Assembly (NCBI GenBank): GCA_028023455.1
Contig: JAQFVV010000005.1
Span: forward strand, 15,438,001 to 15,502,000
Origin: Epiperipatus broadwayi
Taxonomy: Eukaryota > Animalia > Onychophora
DNA: 64,000 nt
Direction of reading: 5' to 3'
A program made the position numbers and the translations under genes. Each line of letters starts with the position of its first letter. Positions within the stretch are counted from its first letter, which is position 1. This document shows, in pieces, positions 52,934-64,000 of this stretch. The notes under the pieces are model-generated. The model did not search any database. It was not told the DNA's origin and saw only the letters and a program-made list of their open reading frames with translations.

Positions 52934-54557
52934 TGTAACGGGAATTAAAACTGCTTAATTACACCTTTTAAGACTTTTTTCAACTTTTACAACTCGAACT
53001 TGTAATTTTAAAAACTTTCTAATTATTCATTTTAATTTTATGAAATCATATTATTTTGCAAAATATCTTTTTAAAAACCTGTTACTCAAGCAGGAGAGTA
53101 AATAGGATTAATACTTACATATCAATCATACCCCCGGTCAGACTGCGATTTAATAAAATATTAAACCGACAGTCATTTCTCCAGACCGAAGTAGTTCTCC
53201 GGCTGCCTGAAACGTGAAACAACCCATGTGGAATTTATAACGGGTTTAAAACCCAGGGCGCCATCCAATACTGAGATTGGAACCCATGAGATGTCAACAA
53301 CACATTTCAAGCGCTTGACCCATGGCTAGTTCTTCACATGAGACCGGCTGCACATTTGATTGTGAATGGAGAGAGAGAGAGAAAGACGGAAAAAATGACA
53401 TTAATAATTTTAAACAAAATTTATTTAAAAAAAAAAAAACAATGATAATAATTATAGACGCAATAATATGATATAATTAAAATGTAAACACATAAGAAAT
53501 ATTACATATTTAATAAATTTTGCATGCTTATTTTAACGAGTGAGATTTAAAAGTTTTTATCCTGATATTAATATTTACCTAGGATATATAGTGCTGCTTT
53601 TGGACTTTCTTTATCATTTCAACATCGTCTTTATAGTGATTCTATTAGTCTTTAATTTCCATAGTGGGTATCGTAGTTCCTGAATTTCTTTTGTAGTTGG
53701 GTTGTAGTTTGTAGTTGCGTGATCACCCCTTTTGTTCTCGGATCCGGTTAGTTTTTTGGTCCTGGGGTTGGTATTTCTAACTGAAAGATAGCTTCTTGTG
53801 GTCCCTTGTTCAGGTGGCTTGGTTTATCTAATTTTCACTTAATTTAGTAGGGCGGGTTGAAACGTCGGCAGAAGGCGAGTCAGAGTAATATGTTACGGCA
53901 TTTTTCTAAATGGCACATGGGAGAATAGCAGAGAAAATGACCAAACACAAGGTTCGGTTCTAGCCAATCATTCTTTTTAATCTCGCTTGAAAATGAACTT
54001 AATTCAAACTTAACAATTCTGCTGAACTCAAAACTTAACCACTGAATTCAAAACTCTATCTCAACTCCTCCTTAAACAATAGAGAATGTGTGCCTTTTAT
54101 ATTATTCTGACCCCTCCCCCCTCCTCTAGCTTCAACACATTTTATCTCAAAAAATTTAATTATAATTTATATTTCTTTGTTTCTGTTTTGAATTTTAATT
54201 ACAGAGATTAGAAATTGTTCAACTAATCAGTCTGGAATTGTAATCCCCAACCTGATTATTTTTGTACATACTGTTTTAATTAATCACCAACCTTTTATTT
54301 TTTAAATTAAAAACACTTTTTTTCCTTAAAGAATATTTTTGTCAGATAATATTGTATAAAAGAAAGACAAGTTATAATTATTAGTTTCTAACTTATCTCT
54401 AAATTTCCCTGTATTTTAATTTCTATATTTTCAAGTATTGATTCTGATATTTTTTTTAAAAATTTTATATATTTTTTTAATAAATAAAAACAAGTGAACT
54501 ATGTAACTCGTATATACACACATACCTGCGTGACGCGTGTATATACATACAGTTACA
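52934..54557 (-). mobile_element. Solo LTR-like insertion (1624 bp)
   Basis: TGTAAC...GTTACA termini with a 4-bp TSD AACT (52930-52933 and 54558-54561). The empty site is preserved in the inverted PLE arm near 58060. TATAAAAGG lies on the minus strand near 54095. Confidence 0.8.
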
Positions 54558-57072
54558 AACTATATCTCATTTCTTACATATAATTAAATTCTAAATAATT
54601 TACTTTTAATATATCATATATATTATATTACACACTATATAATAATAAAAGCAAAAAAAAAAAAATTGTATATAAAAAAAAAATGTATTTATAGGGTTAT
54701 CAATGATTTCACATTACACAACCAATTTACATAATTATCCTAACTATCTATACATATATGCTCATCTTTTTATCAATGAATAAAATCTCTATCTCATCTA
54801 CATTAAATTAATTATATACCTAAATAATACCTCAAATTATTTAATATTTTAAACATCCTTATATTATCCATATTATCTTGATTAAATTTTCCAATTGTTT
54901 TAATGATTATTTATCATCTAACTTTGCAGACTCCTTAACCAAATTAACACATTTATCCATATTCTGAATATATATTGTCCTATAATATTTTTTTTTATTA
55001 TAATCCTTAACATATTTTATAATTTCCATATCTTCCACACATCTCATTTTGTGACCAGTATTTAAGTAATGAATATATGGTCCTGAATTTACATCTTTCC
55101 TTGCGATAGCACTAACATGCTCCTTCCCTCATGCTGTTTTTCCCATCTGACCTATATAAATTTTATTATAGCTTCAACAATAATTTTGTATACTAATCCT
55201 ATTTTATTTTCCTTATTCTCTTACTTCACATTTGATATCAATTTTTTAATGACTTGCTATTTTTTTCAAGCTATAATTTTCATTGGTGCTTTTCATTTAA
55301 CTTCTCTTTTCCTATAACCTTATATATATCTTTATTATAAGATATTGATATCATGGGAATATTCATTTATAGTTAAAATCCACAAAGCGCATGTGCATTA
55401 GCTTAATGGCTAATTAATAATATTACAGTTTATACAATGTAGCACTATATAAAATATCTTATAAACCATTCACCTATATTTATTTATATCCCTCCATCCA
55501 TAATTTATTTTATTTTTATTATTACTATTAAAAATTCTCCTAATATTTTTTTTATTATACTCCATTTTTACATAGACCTTTTCTATATTCATTTTTTATT
55601 CAATAGCTTCTTTTTTATTTACTCTAAGTCTATCATTTTTTATCCTAAATCCTTTTTAAAACAGCCATGTTCTGCGACCAAGGTTGATACAAACTAGGAT
55701 CAATTATTTCTCTATCTTCTACATCTTTAATATAATGTTTAACCTCTATTTCATTTTTCTTATTAAATAAACGTCTGAATATTTTTAACCCTTACCTTCT
55801 TTTTCCATTGTAAATTTAATTTTATATACATTATTATTCAATTATTTAAATATTTTTATTATACTCTTACATTTTCCAATAATAATTATATCATCTACAT
55901 ATCTATAATACTCAATTACTTATTGTATATTTTCATACTACCTTTTTTTTCTGAACTATCTATAAAGATCGATGATAATCAGTTATCAAATATTCCATAA
56001 CCCATCATTTTGTTCTACTCCAAAACATATTAATTTAAAGTACAAACTATCACTTATTACATTTAACGCTTCTTTAATAATATATAGCCATTCTTTAGAT
56101 ATCCTTTTACTTTTCTATAATATACTTATAATTAACTCAATACTTTTTATTCTTGGAATATTTTGATACATCTTTTCTATATCTAATGAAGCAATGGATT
56201 ATTCCTATTTAATTTCATATCTTCTGAACATTTAATACTATACGAACCATATTCAACTATATCAACTATTATTTTACATATTGTACATAAATTTTTAAGA
56301 ACATAATTGTCAAAATTTGCAATCACTTTCGCAGGCATATCTTCTTGATTGTTTTTATTTTGCAAAATATGTACATGCTTCATGAAATCCATCGGATATA
56401 ATCATCTGTACTCTTTATTATTAATCAACTTTTTTTATTTCATATAATTTAATAACACTATATTTTGTCTTTACTTTATTCCCAGAATCCTTACACAGTT
56501 TTTCTATCCTTGTTTTAATATATCTTCCTTTTTATATATATATTCATTTTCTTATAAAATTACAAACCTATTATCTTTATCTTCACATGTTATTATTAGC
56601 CCCTCAATATTTACCTTTTCTATAATTTTCTTTGCAATACCTTTTTTTTTTTCACATTCATTTTTATTATATTCTCTTTTTTTATTTATTACATTATTAA
56701 ATCTATTATTGTAGTTGAATTTTAATTCATCTTTTATATCCACGGTTTTTGCACTTACAACAGTTTCTTAATGAATATCTCCTCTAACAAATGATATATA
56801 CTTTTTACTTTTACTTAATATCTTCAATTGATCATTATCAAATTCATTATTTGATAAATTAACCCTTTCTGTAATAGATTTATCATTTTGTATATGATTT
56901 TCATTTAAATCTTTTTTCCAAATTTCTATTTTTACTCTTTAACCATTGTCATTTATTATTACAAAGAAATCAACTCATATGTCACACGGCTTAATTTAAC
57001 AAGCTTGTATTACAAATGTTATATAATGAACTTGCAAATAAGTCCTTAACAAGCTTTGCAGCATATTCTCAA

Positions 57073-57111
57073 CCCCAGACCGTTTTCTGCGATCTGGTTT
57101 CCTCAGTGAGA
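57073..57111 (-). ncRNA. Degenerate family D hammerhead motif
   Basis: CUCA CUGAGGA aaccagaucgca GAAA ACGG UC UGGGG. Stems II and III are eroded. Confidence 0.5.
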
Positions 57112-57215
57112 TGCTAGGATATTCAAGCATTAGATTAAAAATACCAGGCCAAGCCCAGTACTTTATCTAATGGATAACTATTAAGTAGAAAGTCTAATGC
57201 TTGAATATCCTAGCA

Positions 57216-57253
57216 CCTCACTGAGGAAGTCAGTAGCAGAAACCGGTCTGGGG
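57216..57253 (+). ncRNA. Minimal type I hammerhead ribozyme motif (family D)
   Basis: CCUCA CUGAGGA agucaguagca GAAA CCGG UC UGGGG. Stem III is the palindrome ACCGGU; stem II is weak. Confidence 0.65.
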
Positions 57254-57569
57254 TAGGGGATATTCTGCAAAGCTTGTTAAGGGCTTATTTGCAAACTCAT
57301 TATATATCGTTTATTATTGTATTTTATCCATTAATTTCATATTATGATCTAGTAGATGACATTTTATATATTCAAATAACTCTGCACTTTTGCCTTAATA
57401 TATTTTTAACTCTATTATATTTTTTTGTACAATTATTCACATTTCTATAATTTTTTTTATAAACCAATTCAAATTAGTTCTTTAATTTTATTATATAAAC
57501 CAATATTTTTATTTATTTGTTATATCAAATTTACATGATGTAGGCATTAATCTTTTATTTTTGCATTTC

Positions 57570-58406
57570 TTTATTTAAACACTTGTCATAAAATCAGATA
57601 TGTGAAAGATATGGAGATTATAAAATATGTTGAGGATTATAATAAAAGGAAATGTTATGAGACAATATATATTCAGGAGAATATGAATAAATGTGTTAAT
57701 TTGGTTAAAGGATCTGCAAGGTTAGGTAGTAAATGGGCATTAAAAAACAAATGGAAAATTTAGTAAATGAGATATGGATAATATTAAAGATGAGTAAAAT
57801 AGTAAATAATTTGAAGTATATAATTTAAGTATATCATTAATTTAATGTAGATGTTATAGAGATTTTATTTATTTATAGAGATGAGTATGTATAGATAGTT
57901 TGAGTAATTATGTAAATTGGTTGTGTAATATGAAATTATTGATAACCCTGTATATGTAAAACAATTTGTTTTTTTTATTATACAGTGTATAGTAAAATAT
58001 ATGTAATGGATTAAAAATAAATTATTTAGAGTTTAATTATATATAAGAAATGAGGTATAGTTATTTAAAATTAAATATAAAGTTGTGTTTAATATGTTAA
58101 TTGTAGTTAATATAGATTTTGCTTATTTATATAAAAAACAAAAAGGAGTATATACATAAATAGTTTATCTGATTATATAAAATGGTTATGTAACATGAAC
58201 GTTAGAGGGAGGATTGGTGGGGATATTGTCTATGTGATTTATTGGAAAGTTATATTTTGAAAAGATTCTAATTTTGGACAAAAACCAGTTCAATAAAATA
58301 TTTATCAATTTTTATTTAGTTGTTTAATTGCAATTGGCTTGAAATAATTTATTTATTATATTTAACGATTATTAAGGACATTATATCCCTCTAGAAAGAC
58401 TTTATC
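57570..58406 (+). mobile_element. Inverted, 5'-truncated 3' copy of the same PLE (end of GIY-YIG plus 3' UTR)
   Basis: NTCHKIRYVKDMEIIKYVEDYNKRKCYETIYIQENMNKCVNLV. It aligns with the reverse complement of 54560-55070 and 52640-52930. Candidate TSD ACTACACAA at 52602-52610 and 58407-58415. Confidence 0.8.
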
Positions 58407-59859
58407 ACTACACAACTATTAATGATTTAGAATCATTTGTATATTTATAGATGAATTGTTTTTGTAATAAATTAAACACTAGTTAAAAAATACTGCATTT
58501 TTGTAAATTATTGTTAAGTTTATTTCATACATGTAGCTGTTAAAGATTTGTATATTTATAAGTCAATTGTTTGAAATAAAATCTGCATTTATTAATTAAA
58601 TGTATCTAACCTTACATATATCTACAGTACACTACTCTTTCACAAACTAACTTTAAAACTTACACATTAAGACATCAACAGAAATAACACACAAATAAAA
58701 TAATTAGTAATGAAAAACGTAATTCAGTAATGAATTAAAAGAGCAAGAGCACTTTTAAATACTAAATGTAGATGAAATTATTTATGTGAATGTGTTTACT
58801 GGTTTGCTCTTTTTTTTTTTTATAATATAAATGAAGCACTTCATGGCTTCTCTCAAACGTGATAAAAAATTTCTATTATCATTCACTTTGCACTTAGGAA
58901 CAATTTTAAAAATATTTTAATTTGATAATTCAGCAATATACTAATAAGTGTATATATTTTTAAATAAAGCTGATTGAATGTCGGGGATAAGTTAATGGCC
59001 ATCTAAGAAATGATTCGTAGTGCTACATCATATTATACTGGCAAATACATAAATTTCTAATATTTTTATTTTTGTATTTGCTTTTAAATCATTGGGTTAC
59101 TGATTTTCAATTCTGAAGGCATGAATATTGGCAGGCCTAGGACATCTATTGTTTTAAATGCCATTGGAAATGTGATATTTCAAATAATATAGAGTTTGTT
59201 TGTTTTTTACATTGATTTTATGTGCAATAAATTAGTGTATATTGGAGTTGTTGTTTTTGTTTTTAAATTTGCTACAGTACTAAAAAGTCATTTAAATTTT
59301 AAAATGCTAAAAAAAAGTACATTATTTTATTATATTTACTTTTTATTTAAAAAAATATGATTTACAAAAACATTTTCAATATGATAACACTTTATAAATA
59401 TGATCATTTCAAGAAATCACATTTTATCACTGTAATAAAGATAAATACTTTTTTTTTCCAATTTACTCATAAATTCTAGTTATATAAAAAGTTTTGTAGT
59501 GTCCTACTTATGTAAGCTGAGACTTTCTGATTCTTTTTTAAATTAATTAATAAGTCGATTGATAAGTGGAAATGGTATTCAGTTTTTATATTAGACAAAA
59601 AATATAAAAAAACAAGTTCACATGATAATTTATATTTATTAAGGAAGTATGTCGCAATTGTTATAACAAAAGAAGTATGTGGAAAGAAGTTAGAATTTAA
59701 TTTTCATTTTTGTATAGAAAGTTATATTTATGTGAACCCCGCCCAAATTTTCTTGCTATGTCTAAAACTATATATACATACACTCAAGAATTTTTCATGG
59801 TTATTTATTTATAATTAAGTTTCTGTATTTTTTAAATAAGCAATCGTATTTTTTTTTAG

Positions 59860-59961
59860 GAACTAGCTTTGACAACATTAATGAAATTTGTTTCATATGA
59901 AGGCAATAATCCTTTGGAAGATGAAATAAAACACTCATTATTTCCTGAAGATTTTTTTGAA
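59860..59961 (+). CDS. NOC4L: NOC4L coding exon 4
   Basis: Poly-T plus AG acceptor and GAA|GTAAGT donor; 102 nt, phase 0. ELALTTLMKFVSYEGNNPLEDEIKHSLFPEDFFE resembles ELALSALLKFVQLEGAHPLEKSKWEGNYLFPRELFK. Confidence 0.9.
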
Positions 59962-62336
59962 GTAAGTTTTTTTTTTTTAAATTATTTATTTTTATCTTAC
60001 TTTATTTCCCTATCCACTTTTGTTAATGCTTTTTTTTTTTTTAATTATTTCAAAAATATTATATCAATTAAATATCATATTAATTAATTTTTTATTATTT
60101 TAAAAAAAAAAATTGCGTTTCGGATATGCATCCTCTTTTCATCACATATGCCTCTTGTGATTTTATATACATGGATAAAAGTTAAAAATTACATTACTCG
60201 AAAGAATTTTTATTTTCTGTTCAAATTGTTAATTTTCTCCTCTTAGGGTCACTCAGGTTTATGATTGACTTCAGATATAATAGCAGTGCATATGCTAAAT
60301 TAAAAAAGTAGTACTTAACATTATCATCCACCAAATGATAAGTATATTATTAAAGGGTCAAATTGAACTTATTCATTCTCAAGCAAAAAAAGTTTAGTCT
60401 TTCAAAAACAATATCTGTGTGAACAGGTGATTTTCCATATGACCTCTTTTCTCATGACTTTTTTAACAATATTGGACATTAGTTAATTGATGTTAATGTG
60501 AGTTTTACTGAGTCACTGTTATTAGATGGCAATACTTAGTGCTCTATCATGATGACCAGCTTTTTAAATACATTAGAAACCAATTTATTCTTATTTTGCT
60601 ATCCAAGTGAATAATTTCTACATTGATGAAGATCGACTAGCAATATAATTTTTTTATAAGAATCTGCTACATATTACCATCTAGGATCTATTGAATCTGA
60701 ATATTTTATTTTTAAGGAACAATGATAAGTTTCTTAATGCTTATTTAGAAATAATAATAATCATCCTAAAAATTGAATCCAGATGGCAAAGCATTGTCAA
60801 ATAATAAATTGAAAAATTAATATTTGAAATGTTTGTTTGTTTTTAAGATTGTAACAAGATAAATCTTTTAGTTTGTGGATTTCAAACTTTTTATTCTACT
60901 TACAGATGATTTTCTTATTAAAATCCTAAAGTTACATTAAAGGTGTGTGTGTGTGTAAATGTAGTTGTATAATGCTTCAAACCTTTAGCAAATATTACAA
61001 GAATTAGCGGATGAAAGCAAGAAATTAAGTTCATAGAAACATTCAAGTAATATTTTCAGAAAGGAAAAATAAAGATTGATAGTAATAGGTAATCATTTTG
61101 CAGGTGTTCAAGAACATTTATTGATATATAGGTTAGCTATCTGACCATTACTGAAAATGCCAAGAAATAAATAGGACAAGTAGTTGAAGTATGTTTTTTT
61201 TTTTTTTTGTTTGCAAATAAAACTAAAGAAAAATAATGTGTGTTATGTAAGCAAAATTAAATAAAAATAAAATGTGTACTTTTTTCACAAATGATACTAT
61301 AATTGGCAGACTGTTAAAAAATGTAGAAATTAAATTATATAAATAAACAAGCCAAACAAAAATACAAATTTGTTTATACAAACAATTTTTTTGGAAAAAA
61401 ATAAAGTTGACTAATAAACAAGAAAAAAAAAATATGAGTTTAGTTATACAAAGTAATTTTTAAAAATATTAAATGTTATGACAATGTTGAAATCCTATGG
61501 CATAATAATTTATTCCAGCATCCGTGAGATTTTTCACATGATTATACAAGTGATGAGTATCGAAAATTGATACATGGAGGGGTTTTTTTTGCGAGATTAC
61601 TATGGGAGGAAAAAATTAAAACCAAAGAAAGCAATCAGTTTCTTTTTTGACCAAAATAAAATGAAATTAATGATTTTCTGTGTGTTACAATGGAGGGGTT
61701 GTATTTAAAACGACTAATGGATGTTCTTGTTAATAAAGAAACTTAAAGAAAAATAGATATTGGGTGTTGCTTTTTCCCAAATAAATGAAGTTACAATAAT
61801 CACTTTTGTCCATGTGTGTTTTTTCAAATACTAATGGTGATTTTAAAAAACTACACAATTATTAATGAATAATAGCTCTAATAAAAATCTACTTTGACCT
61901 TTAGTATTGATAAATCAGAAAAATAAAATACTTATCAATCCCATAGGATTTTAACATTTCTCCTTTAATGTTTGTACAATTTATTTTTTTTTTGTTTATT
62001 TGTAATTTTTTTTTTTTTTAATGAGATATTAATTTATACAATTAAATTCATATTTTTGTTTTTCTTGTTTATTTAATTAAATTTCTAAATTTTTTAGTTG
62101 TCTGTCAATTACAAAATCATTTGTGAAAAAATTACACATTTTATTTTTAATCTTGTTTACACAAAACACATTTTTTATTTTTGTTTGTAAACAAAAAAAA
62201 ATATACTTTGAGTTTATATTATTTATTGCTTGTTATTTTCAATAGTGATTGTATAGCTCCCCCAAGTGACCATGTCTACCTTCATAGCACCTGCTAAAAG
62301 ACCACCTTATAATAAATTAGAAGTTAACAACTTTTT

Positions 62337-62525
62337 AAATATCTTGGACAAATTATTAATACAGATGGAAATATAACAGAAGAAATATGTCATATGGCTT
62401 ATAATATTAATAGAATTAATATTTAAATAAAATAAACCTATATCCTCAAAAAGCAAGGTTTTTTAATTAATGTGTTATACCAGTTCTTGGTTATATCTGA
62501 GACTTGATCCCTTAATAGAAGAAGA
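62337..62525 (+). mobile_element. Decayed internal fragment of the same RTE family
   Basis: AAATATCTTGGACAAATTATTAATACAGATGGAAAT and TGTGTT.TACCAGTTCTT..TCTGAGACTTG match copy 2. Confidence 0.65.
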
Positions 62526-63059
62526 TCAGATCACACCTGGAAGAATTAAAAGAGAAATATGTATTTTAGAATCAAACAGAAATTACTAACATTATTGAAT
62601 GAATTAAGAAAATAAAATATAGCTTCGGAACTGGCCTGAGGAAGGATGAATGGTGTAGCAGCTCAAGGCCTACATGATATATATCTTTTGCGAAAATTTA
62701 AAAAAAAAAAACATTTCATTACTTGGTAAATATAACTTTGTTCGTTTGTTGTTGATTTTTTTTTTTGGTAAAACTAATTTATAGGTTCTACAATGATTAT
62801 TACATTCAAAGTAATATAATTGTAAATGCATTGGTTGTGTGCCATAACATGTATACCTAAAAGTTTTGCAATGCTTTTGTCATGTTAAATGCCAATTTGT
62901 ATAATTATATTGAATCAATATTTGATTAAAGAAAATAAAGTACATATGCAAAAAAAAAAAAACATTTTCTTTTAATGTTTTTTTTTTCTAATTCTGATTC
63001 AAAATAAATATAATTCTTAATGAATTGAATTTTTCTTGACTTAATTTATACTAATTATA

Positions 63060-63973
63060 GAGCAGTATTTTGGGGGAGTCCATTATTTTCAAACTGCGAA
63101 AATGGTTAATCAACTACTAATAGACAGCTTGGGCTTTGGAAATTATTCTATTAATTCGTCTTTACATTTTGTGGAAAAAATCAAACAAGCCACGATCGAG
63201 AACAACTTCTACATGACTACCCTCGACGTCAAAGAATTATACGGATCAGTTGACAGAAAACAATCCATTCATATCATCCAACAAGAACTGACCAACATGC
63301 TCTCAGCTGAACGCATTAATTTCATCATTACATTTTTGACATGGATGGACAAACACATCTATACCACATTTGGGTATGGGTGGTACACATGAAAAGTGGA
63401 TGGCCCATGGGTCTCCCACTCAGGGGAATTGTAACCAGCATTTTCCTTAATCACCATGAAAAAAAACTAATCGTATCCAAATATCAAGCTGACTGCCCTC
63501 ACACTATATACATGCGGTATGTAGATGATATATTCATCTTAGCCAACCAACACACTACAAATAGTATCATACAAGATTTATCACAAAACACTAACCTAAC
63601 TATCAATTCCACAGCAGAAGATGCTTTCCAAAGTCTAAATTACCTCGACCTTCGTATAACACGGGATGAGAGAACAATAAATTACCCGATGATAATAAAG
63701 CCCTTTGAAATTAGAGGCTTTATACACCCACACTCCAATTCACCAAGCTCTCACAAATTTGCAGGCCTTCAAGCATTTTTATACAGAAATATGCAACTGT
63801 GCAAGTTTGAAGCAGATAGAAAGAATAATATAGATCTCTACACCAAAGACCTACTACAAGCAGGCTACAAACTCAACACTATTAACAACAAAATTAAACA
63901 ATTTTATAGGAAAATCGCAGACAATAAAAACGATATTAAACTTCCATATATTACTCTTCCACACATAACCTAA
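63060..63973 (+). mobile_element. Penelope-like element RT domain, relatively well preserved
   Basis: GSPLF..AKMVNQLL, TLDVKELYGSV, SGWPMGLPL, RYVDDIF (63515-63529), LNYLDL and FIHPHSNSPSSHK motifs. Frameshifts near 63090 and 63380. Confidence 0.9.
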
Positions 63974-64000
63974 AATCTCCTACCAATTAATTAAGGTTTT

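Larger units (their letters stand above)
56961..57306. mobile_element. Family D fold-back element with hammerhead motifs, inserted in the PLE ORF
   Basis: Arms about 57021-57137 and 57190-57306. TSD TC(A/G)TTTATTATT at 56949-56960 and 57307-57318. Confidence 0.82.
52611..57570 (-). mobile_element. Decayed Penelope-like element (RT + GIY-YIG), long arm
   Basis: Minus-strand motifs in order: RVNLSNNEF..LKILSK (about 56870), EDKDNRFVIL (about 56570), YYRYVDDIII (55881-55910), GLVYKI (55183-55200), YIGQ (55147-55158) and EH..S..H..NTGH. Interrupted by family D and a solo LTR. Confidence 0.85.

Noticed and set aside
62630-62680. CTGAGGA upstream of the PLE RT
   Set aside because: No GAAA-stem III-NUH follows, so it is not a hammerhead.

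Overview
This is a very AT-rich, repeat-dense animal (metazoan) genomic window. The one recognisable host gene is NOC4L on the + strand. Four coding exons lie at 21160-21291, 42664-42784, 48221-48324 and 59860-59961; their splice phases join into an open frame and the gene runs off the right edge. A spliced, apparently non-coding transcript may diverge from the same promoter on the - strand. Most other sequence is decayed transposable elements: RTE and other LINEs, a Merlin-like and a piggyBac-like DNA transposon, MITEs, a solo LTR and Penelope-like elements (PLEs). The main pattern is a set of fold-back insertions at 16781-17806, 22593-23666, 34219-34546, 48788-49124 and 56961-57306, from three non-coding families that carry hammerhead-ribozyme motifs. 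A ribozyme-less hairpin (23320-23485) and a decayed coding PLE (about 52611-58406) show the same build. In each ribozyme-bearing locus and the coding PLE, two copies of one family are joined 5'-to-5' in opposite orientation and flanked by a candidate 8-15 bp target-site duplication (TSD). The ribozymes are minimal type I hammerheads with a palindromic stem III and an unpaired A.A or U.U at the base of stem II. One locus has circularly permuted arms longer than one monomer, as expected of retrozyme-like elements. At another, one arm starts at the predicted cleavage triplet. All alignments and folds were done by eye and no database searches were run.
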